64,000 nucleotides of DNA from Candidatus Aminicenantes bacterium (GCA_963702005.1 OY969696.1:2016001-2080000); one strand, 5' to 3'. Numbered from the stretch's first letter, positions 10,164 through 20,794 are shown. Numbers and translations: made by a program. Notes: a model not told the origin generated them from the letters alone.

Positions 10164-11376
10164 CCGACAGGCGATTATCCCGGGCCGGACTCGAAAAAAA
10201 GCGGGCCGACCGGTCCACCCGGTTTTTCCTGACGGGAGGAACCGGCTTTCTGGGGAGCCACATCGCCGTCGAGCTCTTGAAAAGAGGCTACCGTGTCTGC
10301 ATCCTGGCCAGACCCGGCCAACGGGGGTCCGCCCGGGATCGGGTGGGGGAGCTCCTGGATTGGCTCGGCCTGCCCGCCGGCGGGCGACAAGGGCTCAGGG
10401 TCGTCGAGGGCGATATCACCCGGCCCGGCCTGGGGGTCGAGGCGGAGACCATGCGCGGGCTGCTTCAGGAGACCGATGAAATCATCCATTGCGCCTCCAA
10501 CACTTCCTTCTCGGAACGGAGAAGGGCCGAGCTGGAAGCGGTCAACGGCGAAGGGCTATCGTACGTCCTGGATTTTGCCCGGGAGAGCGGCGCCGGCTTC
10601 TTCCACCAGGTGAGCACGGCGTTCGTCGCCGGCAGGATCAGCGGGACCTGTCTTGAAGAACCGGTGACGGCCCGCGAATTCTGGAACGCTTATGAAGAGA
10701 CGAAGGGACGGGGCGAACAGATGGCGGCGCGGGCCTGCCGGGCCGCCGGGCTCGGGCTGACGATCTATCGGCCCTCCATCGTCTATGGAGATTCGCGGAC
10801 GGGACGCAGCCTCCTTTTCAACGCCGTCTATTACCCCGTGCGAACGGCCCTCTTCATCAAGGACCTCTATGAAAAGGACATCCGGGAGAGGGGCGGCAAG
10901 AAGGCCCAAGAGATGGGGGTGCGCATCGGGGCCGACGGCTCGACGCACCTCCCGTTGAGGATTGAGACGGCCCGCCGGGGCGGCATCAACCTGGTCCCCG
11001 TGGATTTCTTCACGGCCGCATTTCTGGCCCTCCTGGAGGGCGCGCCCGAGGGAGGGATCTTCCATATCGTCAACGGCGCCATGAAACGGATCGAGGACCT
11101 CATCGACTACAGCTGCCGCCTGTTCCGCATGACCGGGATCAGGGCCTGCGGGCCGGAAGAATTCGGGGAAGTCTCCATGAATGCGCTGGAGGCGCTTTAC
11201 GCTCATTACGTGGAGGCCTACGGACCTTACATGAGGGACACCCGGGTCTTCGATACGGCCAAATCCCGGCTCATCCTCGAGCCGAGGGGGTGGTCTGTCC
11301 GGAATTCGATTACGGTGTTTTCGCGCGGTGCATGAATTACGCCGTCGAAGCCGGCTGGGGCTCGCGGCTTTTTTGA
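10160..11376 (+). pseudogene. Extended SDR / fatty-acyl-reductase-like protein with a frameshift near the 3' end
   Basis: LTGGTGFLG, HCAS, YEETK, RPSIV. The open frame stops at 11335, but a more plausible C-terminus (VVCPEFDYGVFARCMNYAVEAGWG) lies in the shifted frame from the G5 run at 11286-11290 to TGA 11376. Confidence 0.7.
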
Positions 11377-11393
11377 GATGAGAAGCCGGGATA

Positions 11394-11424
11394 GAGCGCC
11401 GTTGGACGGCGCTCCGCTATTTTA
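11394..11424 (+). terminator. Possible intrinsic terminator
   Basis: GAGCGCCGT-TGG-ACGGCGCTC hairpin followed shortly by a T tract. Confidence 0.4.
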
Positions 11425-11476
11425 CAAAACGCCGCGAGCGGTATAAAATTCAAAAAACGAGAGAAAGACGCGAACG

Positions 11477-11989
11477 ATGGACAAGCCCGAGCCCATTCCC
11501 GACGATGCCGAGCGCCGGGTTTATGAAGTCCTCGACGCCCTGGACATCCGGTATGTCCGCTACGGTCACCCGCCCGTCTTCACCGTCGAGGAGGCGCGGG
11601 AGCACTGGAAAGACGTCCCGGGCGTCCACTGCAAGAACCTTTTTCTCCGCAACACCAAGGGGAACCGGCATTTCCTGGTCATCCTCGAAGCGTCCAAGCG
11701 GGCCGACCTCAAGGCCCTGAGCCTCAAACTCGGCACGGACAGGGTGAGCTTCGGATCCGACGAGCGTCTTCGCCGCTGTCTCGGCCTGACTCCCGGTTCG
11801 GTTTCTCCGTTCGGGCTCATCAACGACGCGAAAAAGGAGGTTGAGGTCGTCCTGGACGAAGACCTCAAGCAGGCAGATTCCGTCTGCTTCCACCCCAACG
11901 TCAACACGGCGACCTTAAATTTAAGCTACGCCGATTTCGAGCGTTTTCTCAGCTGGGCCGGCCACCCCATCCGCTATCTCAAGCTCTAA
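11477..11989 (+). CDS. YbaK/ProX-family aminoacyl-tRNA deacylase
   Basis: HPPVFTVEEA, CKNLFL, GSVSPFGLIND, FHPNVNTAT. Confidence 0.92.
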   Translation: MDKPEPIPDDAERRVYEVLDALDIRYVRYGHPPVFTVEEAREHWKDVPGVHCKNLFLRNTKGNRHFLVILEASKRADLKALSLKLGTDRVSFGSDERLRRCLGLTPGSVSPFGLINDAKKEVEVVLDEDLKQADSVCFHPNVNTATLNLSYADFERFLSWAGHPIRYLKL

Positions 11990-12079
11990 AATGCAGCCGT
12001 TCCTCGTCTTCACATTGTTCAATCCCCTTCGCGGGATTCCACGGACGTTAGTCCGTGGAGCTTCAGCTTCCCCTCCAAG

Positions 12080-12192
12080 TTGACCCGTTCGCCGACGCGA
12101 AGCCCCGCCCTTCAGGGCGGGGACGAGAAGCGTGGCTCAGGGTTAAACCTGATCAAGCCCCGGCATTCATGCCGGGGAGTCGAGGGTTTGAC
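12080..12192. repeat. Family B dispersed palindromic element, copy 1
   Basis: TTGACCCGTTCGCCGA...AAGCCCCGCCCTTCAGGGCGGGG...GGCTCAGGGTTA...AAGCCCCGG..CCGGGGAGTCGA..TTGAC; also at 33988, 38383 and 49540. Confidence 0.85.
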
Positions 12193-12280
12193 TTGGCTTA
12201 TATCGTATGTTAGTAATGAGCCATATTAAAAAATGATGCCGATGTGTTTTCCCAAGCGTCGCCACGTTAGGAGGCTGTCA

Positions 12281-13486
12281 ATGAAAAAGAGCGGAGGAGC
12301 CCTCCTAGCCGTGTTCCTTCTCATCCTGGCCGCGACGGCGTCTTTCGCCCAGCCGCTGCCGTCGGGGAAGCCCGAGGAGGTCGGGATGTCGTCGGCCCGG
12401 CTGGCCCGGGTCCATGACATCATCAAGGCCGCCGTCGCGAATAAAGATTTCCCGGGCGCCGTGCTCCTGGTCGCCCGCAGGGGGAAGGTCGTGCTCAGGG
12501 AAGCCTACGGCTTAAGCCAGCTCGTCCCCGAAGAGAAGCCTATGACGCCGGACCTGATCTTCGACCTCGCCTCGATCAGCAAGCCCGTATCCACGGCGAC
12601 TTCGATCATGATCCTGGTCGAGCAGGGCCGGATCCGGCTTTGGGACCGGGTCAATCTCTATGTCCCCGAGTTCGTTGCCTATATCCAGGAAGGCGGCATC
12701 CCGGGCGAGGACGCCCGGCTCTGGCATCTCCTGACACATACCTCGGGACTGCCGCCCTATACGGACGCGGCCGAGGTCGAGAAACTCTACGGGAAGCCCT
12801 GCCCGACCGAGACGCTGGTCCGGCATATCGCCCAGCTCCGCAAGACGGACCCGCCCGGGAAGACCTTCACCTACAGCTGCCTGGGCTATATTACCCTCGC
12901 CCATATCCTGAACAAGGTCACCGGGCAGACTCTGGCCGAGTTTGCCGCGGAGAACATCTTCCGGCCCTTGAAGATGGAGCATACCTTTTATAATCCGCCC
13001 GATAATTTCAGAGACCTCTGCGTCCCGACCCAGGTCGTGGAGGGATCAGTCCTCAAGGGAGTCGTCCACGATCCCCTGGCCAGGCTCCAGGGCGGGATTT
13101 CGGGAAACGCGGGCCTGTTTTCGACGGCGGACGACCTGGCCGTCTTCGGCCAGATGATGCTCGGCGGCGGCGAGTACAGGGGCGTCAGGATCCTCAGTCC
13201 GCTGGCCGTCGAGCGCATGACCGAAATATATCCCAAGGTCAGCTTATCGGGGCGGGGGCTGGGCTGGGACTTGGATTCGGACTACGCGACGAACGGCGGC
13301 GACCTGTTCGGACCGCAATCCTACGGCCATTCCGGCTACACCGGGACGTCGCTCTGGATCGATCCCGAGACCCAAACGACGGTCGTCTTCCTGACCAACC
13401 GGGCCCATCCCGACGATAAAGGCGATGTCATCGCCCTCCGCAGCAAGGTCGCCAACGTCGTGGCCGCCTCGATCATCCGGAAATAA
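12281..13486 (+). CDS. Serine hydrolase, beta-lactamase class C-like
   Basis: SD AGGAGG, signal peptide, FDLASISK (SxxK), LLTHTSGL, GHSGYTG. Confidence 0.9.
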   Translation: MKKSGGALLAVFLLILAATASFAQPLPSGKPEEVGMSSARLARVHDIIKAAVANKDFPGAVLLVARRGKVVLREAYGLSQLVPEEKPMTPDLIFDLASISKPVSTATSIMILVEQGRIRLWDRVNLYVPEFVAYIQEGGIPGEDARLWHLLTHTSGLPPYTDAAEVEKLYGKPCPTETLVRHIAQLRKTDPPGKTFTYSCLGYITLAHILNKVTGQTLAEFAAENIFRPLKMEHTFYNPPDNFRDLCVPTQVVEGSVLKGVVHDPLARLQGGISGNAGLFSTADDLAVFGQMMLGGGEYRGVRILSPLAVERMTEIYPKVSLSGRGLGWDLDSDYATNGGDLFGPQSYGHSGYTGTSLWIDPETQTTVVFLTNRAHPDDKGDVIALRSKVANVVAASIIRK

Positions 13487-13569
13487 GATCCAAGAGCCTG
13501 TCTCTGACGACTCCCCCACACAATCAAGCCAAAATTCGCTATAATGGCTTCGCCACCCGGGAGGGATCA

Positions 13570-15651
13570 GTGAAGCCTGTTTTCAACGCGCGTCGAAGGG
13601 TTCTCCTTTTTGTCTTGGCCTCCGCCGTCTTATCGCCTCTCCGCATCCCCTCATCGCCCCGGAGCAGGGATTCCGTTTCGCCCCCGGAGTACGAATTCGT
13701 CATGGCCGCTTCCTGGCTGACCATGAAGGACGGGGTCCGGCTTTCGGCGACGTTTTTCAAGCCGGTTCCCAGGTCTTCGGGGGAGCGGTTTCCGGTTCTG
13801 TTCGACTATTATCCCTACCGCAAGGACGAAGACCCGAGCAGCTTCAGCTTGTACACCTATTTCGCCCGCCGGGGGTACATCACGGCGACGGTCGATGTCC
13901 GGGGGACCGGCTCGTCGGAAGGGGCCGTGCCGGACAGGGAATATTCCGAACGGGAGCTCGATGACGGGCAGGAAGTCATCCGGCAATTATCGGAGATGCC
14001 GGAATCGAACGGCCGGGTGGGCATGTGGGGAAAATCCTGGGGCGGCTTCAACGCCATCCAAACGGCCATGCGAAGACCCGCCGCCTTGAAGGCCATCCTG
14101 GCCCTGGACGCTACCGATGATCTCTATGCCGAGGACGTTCATCACATGGATGGGGCCTTTCACTGCGACGAGTTCATGTCCTACATGGACAATGAGAACA
14201 TCCTGCCGCGGACGCCCGGCCTTCGGCTCGACGAAGATTATTTCAAAAACCGATTCGATCATTATCCCTGGTTTCTGACCTACGCCAAGGAGCAGGTCGA
14301 CGGAGAGTTCTGGCGCCGGAATTCGCTGCGCTGGCAATACGAGACAATCGCGGTCCCTTGTTATCTCATCGGCGGCCTTCTGGACGGATACCGGGACAGC
14401 CTTCCCCGCATGCTCGAGAACATGAAGGTTCCCGTCCGGGCCGTCCTCGGTCCCTGGAAGCACGACTGGCCCGACACCGGCGTTCCCGGGCCGAATTATG
14501 AATGGCGTTACGAGGCCGTCCGTTGGTGGGACCGCTGGCTCAAGGACAGGGACACGGGCATCCAAGAGGACCCGCGGTTCGTCTATTTTCTGCGGGCGGG
14601 ACACGGCCCGGACGCCGCCCTCCAGACAACCCCCGGCCGCTGGGTGGGCGGCGACTGGCCCGCGCGCGGCATGACCTGGAGGAAGCTCTATCCTTCCTGC
14701 GGCCGTCAGCTCGGGGATCGGCCCGGTCCGGCGGGCTTCGAAGACCTGAAATACGTCCCGAGCTACGGCTCGGCAACCGGCTTTTGGTGGGGGGAGCCGA
14801 CGGGAGATATCCGGCCCGACGATGCCGGGAGCCTCGTTTTCGATACGTCCCCTCTCAGGGATAAACTGGAGATCGCGGGATTTCCGACGTTCCGCCTTCG
14901 GGTCTCCGTCGATGCCCCCACGGCTCATTGGACGGCCCGCCTCGAAGATGTCCAGCCCGACGGGACGGTTTCGCTGGTGACGGGCAAGCTCATCAACGGA
15001 TCCCAGCGCCGCTCCCGCCTTCATCCCCAATCGCTCGTCCCGGGGGAAGAGTACGACCTGGAACTCGCGCTCCATTTCACGACCTGGACTTTTCAGCCAG
15101 GGCACCGGATCAGGCTGGCCGTTTCCAACGCCCAATGGCCCATGATCTGGCCGACTCCTTATCCGATGACCTCGCGGCTCGTCACCGGGGACGAACGAAC
15201 GCGCCTTGATCTTCCGGTGGCCCCGGCCGGGACGCCGACGGTCACGACCTTCCTGCCGCCCGAATCCCAGGAGGAACGGACGGATGCCCGCTATCTGGGA
15301 GGCGTCGCCTGGCCCGGCGGCTTTTCCGAATGGAAGAAGGACTTGTTGACTTCGAAGACGTCCCTGGAATGGAGAGGGTCCGGAGATTTCGAGATCGGAG
15401 GCCGCCGGTTCCACACCGAGGAACGCACCGTCTACGAAGCATCCGACACGGACCCCGCCCGGGCCTTCTTCAGGGGGGAGGCGAGCTGGAGTTTCGAGGA
15501 TGCGATCCGAAAAGCGACACTCCGTTCTGTAATCGAGGTCTCCTCCGATCCGAGCCGCTTCTTCGTGACCGTCACGCGCAGCGCCGAAGAAAACGGTCGT
15601 CTCCTCCGTAGCCGCGAATGGAAAGAGACCATTCCCCGGCTTTTCAATTAA
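13570..15651 (+). CDS. CocE/NonD-family hydrolase (peptidase S15)
   Basis: DGVRLSA, DVRGTGSSEG, GKSWGG nucleophile elbow, GPWKH, GHRIRLAVS. Confidence 0.9.
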   Translation: MKPVFNARRRVLLFVLASAVLSPLRIPSSPRSRDSVSPPEYEFVMAASWLTMKDGVRLSATFFKPVPRSSGERFPVLFDYYPYRKDEDPSSFSLYTYFARRGYITATVDVRGTGSSEGAVPDREYSERELDDGQEVIRQLSEMPESNGRVGMWGKSWGGFNAIQTAMRRPAALKAILALDATDDLYAEDVHHMDGAFHCDEFMSYMDNENILPRTPGLRLDEDYFKNRFDHYPWFLTYAKEQVDGEFWRRNSLRWQYETIAVPCYLIGGLLDGYRDSLPRMLENMKVPVRAVLGPWKHDWPDTGVPGPNYEWRYEAVRWWDRWLKDRDTGIQEDPRFVYFLRAGHGPDAALQTTPGRWVGGDWPARGMTWRKLYPSCGRQLGDRPGPAGFEDLKYVPSYGSATGFWWGEPTGDIRPDDAGSLVFDTSPLRDKLEIAGFPTFRLRVSVDAPTAHWTARLEDVQPDGTVSLVTGKLINGSQRRSRLHPQSLVPGEEYDLELALHFTTWTFQPGHRIRLAVSNAQWPMIWPTPYPMTSRLVTGDERTRLDLPVAPAGTPTVTTFLPPESQEERTDARYLGGVAWPGGFSEWKKDLLTSKTSLEWRGSGDFEIGGRRFHTEERTVYEASDTDPARAFFRGEASWSFEDAIRKATLRSVIEVSSDPSRFFVTVTRSAEENGRLLRSREWKETIPRLFN

Positions 15652-15729
15652 TCCCTATCTTGCTCTTCGGATGATTTGACTCCGCCCGGTTGAATTGATA
15701 TTCTTTAACATCGCGGGGACGGGACGGGC

Positions 15730-17709
15730 ATGAATATACGATGTTCGAAATGCGACTACGATAACCCTCCCGACACCCGTTTCTGCGGCGGCTGCGGGAC
15801 GAAGCTCGCCCGGCCGTCCTCGCCGCCTCCGGAGCCGATCCAAACCCAGACCCTGACCCTTCCGACGGGCCTCCAGGAGCTCCAGCTCGGAAGCCTGTTC
15901 GCCGGCCGCTACCTCGTCCTCGAGTCTCTGGGGCGGGGCGGCATGGGGCGGGTTTATCGCGTTCTGGACAAGAAGCTCGACGTCGAGGTCGCCCTCAAGC
16001 TCCTGCGGCCGGAGATCGCCGCCGACGAAGGGATCATCGAGCGCTTCAAGAACGAGCTCAAGCTGGCCCGGATGATCTCCCATCCCCATGTCTGCCGGAT
16101 GTACGACCTGAGCGAGGACCAGGGGACGCATTTCATCACCATGGAATACGTCCAGGGCGAGGACCTCAAAGCGACGGTCCGCCGGGTCGGCCCGCTGAGC
16201 CTGGGCAAAGCCCTGACCATCGCCAAACAGGTCTGCGAGGGGCTGGCGGCCGCCCACCGGCTGGACATCGTCCACCGCGACCTCAAGCCCCAGAATATCA
16301 TGCTCGACCGCACCGGCCAGGTTCGGATCATGGATTTCGGGATCTCGAGGTCGCTCCGGGCCAAGGGGGTAACGGCCGACGGGATGATGATCGGGACGCC
16401 CGAATACATCTCCCCGGAGCAGGCCGAAGGGAAAAAAATCGACGTCCGCACCGACATCTACGCCTTCGGCGCCATCCTGTTCGAAATGGTGACGGGGCAA
16501 GTCCCCTTCGACGGGGACACGACTCTCAGCATCATCCTCAAGCATAAGCTCGAGCCTCCTCCCGATCCCAGGAAGCTCAACCCCCGCTTGCCCAGGGAGG
16601 TCGGACAGGTCATCCTGAAATGCCTGGAGAAAGATCGGGAGCGGCGCTATCCGTCGGCCGACGCGCTTTACGCGGACCTGGTTCGTGCCGAAAGCCAACT
16701 CGAAGGGAAGGCCCCCGCGAAACCGGGCCGGACGGAGGGGAGCCGGAAACGGATTCCGGTTCCCGCCTTGATCCTGGGCGCCGCGGCCGTCATAATCGCC
16801 GGATTTTTTCTCATCAAGCCCTTCGGTCCGAAAAAGCCCGCGACCCAAGCCGCCGACGTCCGGCGACAGTCCCATGTCTCGGATCAGGCCACCGCTCCCG
16901 CCGTCCCGGTCTCCAAGCCGGCCGAGAAGTCCGAGGCCAGGGCTATACCCTCGCCTGAGCCCCCGCCCGCGCTCGGCACGGCGCCGGCGGCCGGCACCCT
17001 CGAGATCACCACGGTTCCGGCGGGCATCGGCGTTTTCTTGAATGGAAAGCTCGAAGGTCCGTCCCCTCTCAAGCGGAGCCTCGCGCCGGGGACATATGAG
17101 GTCCGGATCAAAAAACCGTCCGAATACAGGGAAGTCGTCGACAAAGTGACCGTCCGGGCCGGCGAATCCCTGCCCAAGCATTACATCCTTTCCCCCGTCT
17201 ACATCCTCGAAGTCCGGACCGACCCCCCCGGCGCCGATCTCCGTGTCGACGGAGTCCTGATGGGCAAGACGCCCGTCGAAGTCGACCTGCCCAGGAGCGC
17301 TATTCAATTCGGGCTCAAGCTCGGGAATGAATGGATCCCGGTCAGCGAGGCCCTCAAGATGCGGCCCGGCCGGAACCGCGTCGAGCGCGTCCTCCAACGG
17401 GTCCCGCAAACCGAGGCGGTCCCGGCGCCGTCCACGGCGCCGGTCAAGCCCCAGCCGGGCAAGGTCCGCATCAACGTCCTTCCTTACGCCGAAGTCTTTA
17501 TCGACGGCAAGTCGATCGGCGAGATCCCGCCCGTCAAGACTCTCGAACTCGCCGAGGGAACCTATGCCCTCAAGTTCGATTCCCCGCGGCTCAAAAAAAG
17601 CCTGACCATGAACTTGCCCGTCAAGCTGAACGATCGGATCGAGGTCCGAGTCAACATGGTTTCGGGAGATATGAAGGTCCTTCCCTGGAAAGAGGGAGCC
17701 GAGCCTTAA
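15730..17709 (+). CDS. Membrane Ser/Thr protein kinase with N-terminal zinc ribbon and C-terminal PEGA domains
   Basis: CSKC...CGGC; GRGGMG, VALK, HRDLKPQN, DFG, GTPEY; TM helix; PEGA-like repeats. Confidence 0.92.
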   Translation: MNIRCSKCDYDNPPDTRFCGGCGTKLARPSSPPPEPIQTQTLTLPTGLQELQLGSLFAGRYLVLESLGRGGMGRVYRVLDKKLDVEVALKLLRPEIAADEGIIERFKNELKLARMISHPHVCRMYDLSEDQGTHFITMEYVQGEDLKATVRRVGPLSLGKALTIAKQVCEGLAAAHRLDIVHRDLKPQNIMLDRTGQVRIMDFGISRSLRAKGVTADGMMIGTPEYISPEQAEGKKIDVRTDIYAFGAILFEMVTGQVPFDGDTTLSIILKHKLEPPPDPRKLNPRLPREVGQVILKCLEKDRERRYPSADALYADLVRAESQLEGKAPAKPGRTEGSRKRIPVPALILGAAAVIIAGFFLIKPFGPKKPATQAADVRRQSHVSDQATAPAVPVSKPAEKSEARAIPSPEPPPALGTAPAAGTLEITTVPAGIGVFLNGKLEGPSPLKRSLAPGTYEVRIKKPSEYREVVDKVTVRAGESLPKHYILSPVYILEVRTDPPGADLRVDGVLMGKTPVEVDLPRSAIQFGLKLGNEWIPVSEALKMRPGRNRVERVLQRVPQTEAVPAPSTAPVKPQPGKVRINVLPYAEVFIDGKSIGEIPPVKTLELAEGTYALKFDSPRLKKSLTMNLPVKLNDRIEVRVNMVSGDMKVLPWKEGAEP

Positions 17710-17733
17710 CCGCCGGTATCAGGAGGGGATGAG

Positions 17734-19521
17734 ATGATCGTCCGTTTCCGGAGAGCGGAATTCGGGGCCTGCCTTGCGCTGGGGCTCGTGGTCTTCTGGT
17801 GCGTCGCCGACGCCTTTCCCCGGGGAGGGCCGTCCGATCCGCAGGAGTCCCTGCTGTGGATCCAGGAGGGGAAGAGGCTCTACGAGAGCGGAGAGTACGA
17901 AGAAGCCGTCCTGAAACTCCTCGAAGGACTAAAGAAGGCCAAGGTTAAGGCCGAGGCGGCTGACGCCCGTTTCTACCTGTCATTGTCATACTACGCGCTG
18001 GGGCGAACCGACGACTGCCGGGACCAGCTCAATCAGCTTTTCGAGATCCAACCCCAGAGAGCGATCGATGAGCAGCTCTACGCCTCCGGCTATGTCGAGC
18101 TCTATAAAAAGGCCAGGGATGAGAAATTGCGCGGACAGCCGGCGGCGCCCGGCGCGCCCCGGGTCGCCGCCAAGGAAGCGCCCGTTAAGGCCGTCGGCCG
18201 GAAGAAGTTCCCCTGGCTTATCGTCGCCGGCGGCGCCGCGGCCGTCGGGGTCGCGGCCGTTTTCCTCCTGGGAAAAAAGACGTCTTCTCCGGCCTTGCCC
18301 CAAACCGGCTCGATCGCCATCGTCTCCACCCCCAAGAACGCCAAGGTCTTTTTGGACAACGCGGACACCGGCCAGCGATCGGACTGCACACTGACCAGCG
18401 TCAGCACCGGCAGTCATCCCCTGAGACTCGACCTGGAGGACTACGGGAGGTGGGAGGGGAGCGTCACGGTCGTAGGCGGCCAGACGGCCCAAGTCAACGT
18501 CGTGCTGGGTCCGTTCATCTATGACTTCGTCAAGGGTTGGGGCGGGGCGGGCTCGGGGAATGGCCAGTTCCAAGCGCCGATCGGGATCTGTGTCCAATCC
18601 AGCGGAGAGGTTCTTGTCTCCGATACCGAAAACAATCGCGTCCAGAGGTTCACGGCCGATGGTTCCTACCAGGCCAAATGGGGAAGCAAGGGCACGGCCA
18701 ACGGCGAGCTCAATTTTCCGCGGGGAGTCGCGGTCGACTCGTCCGGATCTATCTACGTCGTCGATTCCGAGAACGGCCGCGTCCAGAAGTTCAACGCAAA
18801 CGGCGGTTACCTCGCGAAGTGGGGGGACCAGGGAACCGGGTCCGGCCAGTTCCAGTATCCGGTGGGCATCGCGATCGACAACTCGGGAAGGGTCTATATC
18901 GCCGATAGCCTCAATAACCGCGTCCAGGTCTTCCGGACCGACGGGTCCTTCGTTGCTTCCTGGGGGAGCCAAGGGAGCGGGGACGGCCAGTTCTACCATC
19001 CCAAGGGTGTCGCCGTCGATAAGGACGGATACATCTATGTCAGCGACGCTTACAACAATCGCGTCCAGAAATTCAACTCGTCCGGGGCGTTCCAGCTCAA
19101 GTGGGGTGTCGGGGGCGGGGGAGACGGCCAGTTCAACGAACCCTGGGGCATCGCGACCGACCGCTATGGATACGTCTTCGTCGCCGACACCAACAACCAT
19201 CGGATTCAGAAGTTCACCCCGGCCGGGGCTTTCGTCATACGCTGGGGTCAGCAGGGCGTCGAGATGCGTACCTTCAACCAGCCCAAGGGCATCGTCTGCG
19301 ATGGCTCGGACAACGTTTACGTCCTCGACACCGGGAACGCCCGCGTCCAGAAGTACAAGATTTCGGTCCAGGTGACGGGAGGGTCGGCCTCCATCCAAAA
19401 CGCGGGGCCGCTGCCGCCGCCGTCCGCGCTTCGGCCGGGCGGTCCGGGCAGGCTGAATCCCGGACGGCCGAGCGCCGTTCCCAGGCTTCCTTCGGGGAAG
19501 CGCAACAAGATCCGAGATTGA
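17734..19521 (+). CDS. TPR-PEGA-NHL repeat protein
   Basis: N-terminal TPR, hydrophobic segment, PEGA (STPKNAKVFLD), six NHL repeats GQFxxPxGIAVD...NNRVQKF. Confidence 0.88.
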   Translation: MIVRFRRAEFGACLALGLVVFWCVADAFPRGGPSDPQESLLWIQEGKRLYESGEYEEAVLKLLEGLKKAKVKAEAADARFYLSLSYYALGRTDDCRDQLNQLFEIQPQRAIDEQLYASGYVELYKKARDEKLRGQPAAPGAPRVAAKEAPVKAVGRKKFPWLIVAGGAAAVGVAAVFLLGKKTSSPALPQTGSIAIVSTPKNAKVFLDNADTGQRSDCTLTSVSTGSHPLRLDLEDYGRWEGSVTVVGGQTAQVNVVLGPFIYDFVKGWGGAGSGNGQFQAPIGICVQSSGEVLVSDTENNRVQRFTADGSYQAKWGSKGTANGELNFPRGVAVDSSGSIYVVDSENGRVQKFNANGGYLAKWGDQGTGSGQFQYPVGIAIDNSGRVYIADSLNNRVQVFRTDGSFVASWGSQGSGDGQFYHPKGVAVDKDGYIYVSDAYNNRVQKFNSSGAFQLKWGVGGGGDGQFNEPWGIATDRYGYVFVADTNNHRIQKFTPAGAFVIRWGQQGVEMRTFNQPKGIVCDGSDNVYVLDTGNARVQKYKISVQVTGGSASIQNAGPLPPPSALRPGGPGRLNPGRPSAVPRLPSGKRNKIRD

Positions 19522-19543
19522 AATCCGGACGAGGAGGTCCCTT

Positions 19544-20794
19544 ATGATGCGCTCGCTGACGCTCGAAGGCGCTCGGCTGCGCCGCTTCTGGAGTTTTTTC
19601 GCCGGCGCCGGAATGATGACGGCGTCCTGGATGACCATCCGCCACTTTTTCAACGCCAATTTTCCCGAGTCCATCTTCAAGGGCGCCTTCTGCGACATTT
19701 CGACCTTCTTCAACTGCGACAGCTCGGCCTATTCGTCGATCGCCCAAGTCCGGGGCGTCCCCTTGGGCTATTTCGGGCTCATCAGCGGAGCCCTGGTCGT
19801 CATCGGCGCCCTGTTCCCCTCCCGGGCTTTCGAGCGGACGAACAAGTCGCTGGCCCTGGCCAACGCGCTCGGCGTCGTCGGCTTGTTCTCTTATTCCGTG
19901 TTTGTTCTCAAGAGCCTCTGCCTCCTCTGCAGCGGCTATTACCTTTTCTCGCTCCTGAGCTTCGGCCTGTTCTGGAAGTACGGACAGCGGGACGATCATG
20001 AATCGCAGATCCGGTCGTTCTTCGGGTTCTCCTTCAAGCACGCGCTCGTTTTCGGCCTGATCCTCCTGGCCGGCGCCTACGGCTTCCGGCAGTACACGGC
20101 GGTCCGGAAGGACGCCCAGTTGGGCGGGATCGCGACCCGCGTCGTCAAGCAATATTACGGGCTGGCCCAGGTTGCGAACCCGAGCCTCGTCTCGCCGTTC
20201 TGGACGGCCCGGGCGACCGAGCGCTTCGAGGACGCGCCGATCCGGGTCGTCGAGTACGCCGATTTCCGCTGTTCCGACTGCCTGTTCCTCTACCAACAGC
20301 TCAAGCGCCTCAAGCGGGAATACAAGGGGAAGATCAACATCGCCTTCCAGTTCTTCCCCCTCGAGGCCAAGTGCAATACGGTCGTCGACAAGAATCTGCA
20401 TCCCGGCGCCTGCGACCTGTCCTTCATGGCGGCGGCCGATCCGTCCAAGTTTGAGGCCATCCATGATGAGATCTTCGAGAATTTCCAGAAGGCCAAGACG
20501 CCCGAATGGCGTGCGGCGTTGGCGAAGAAGTACGGCGTCGGGGCGGCCCTGACCGACCCGGCCGTCCAGGACCTGGTCCGCCGCATCATTGAGACGGGCG
20601 CCGAGTACGAGAAGACCTCGGACAAATACGCCCACGGGATTCGCTCGACTCCAACCCTGATCATCAACAACCGGATGATCATCGGAACGCTGCCCTACGC
20701 CCATCTCAAAGCCATCTTCAAGTCCCTCCTCAGCGAAGGCGGAAAGCCGGGCGAGCAGAAATTCATCGAGAACTGGGTCGACCTCAAGAAATAA
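19544..20794 (+). CDS. VKOR-DsbA/thioredoxin fusion (disulfide formation)
   Basis: VKOR loop CDISTFFNC and CLLC; DsbA-like EYADFRCSDC, FFPL and STPT (cis-Pro). Confidence 0.85.
   Translation: MMRSLTLEGARLRRFWSFFAGAGMMTASWMTIRHFFNANFPESIFKGAFCDISTFFNCDSSAYSSIAQVRGVPLGYFGLISGALVVIGALFPSRAFERTNKSLALANALGVVGLFSYSVFVLKSLCLLCSGYYLFSLLSFGLFWKYGQRDDHESQIRSFFGFSFKHALVFGLILLAGAYGFRQYTAVRKDAQLGGIATRVVKQYYGLAQVANPSLVSPFWTARATERFEDAPIRVVEYADFRCSDCLFLYQQLKRLKREYKGKINIAFQFFPLEAKCNTVVDKNLHPGACDLSFMAAADPSKFEAIHDEIFENFQKAKTPEWRAALAKKYGVGAALTDPAVQDLVRRIIETGAEYEKTSDKYAHGIRSTPTLIINNRMIIGTLPYAHLKAIFKSLLSEGGKPGEQKFIENWVDLKK

Noticed and set aside
12021-12066. Intact IS200/IS605 element suggested by the TCCACGGAC-GTTA-GTCCGTGGA hairpin
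   Set aside because: No tnpA, tnpB or iscB ORF nearby; at most an end remnant next to family B copy 1.
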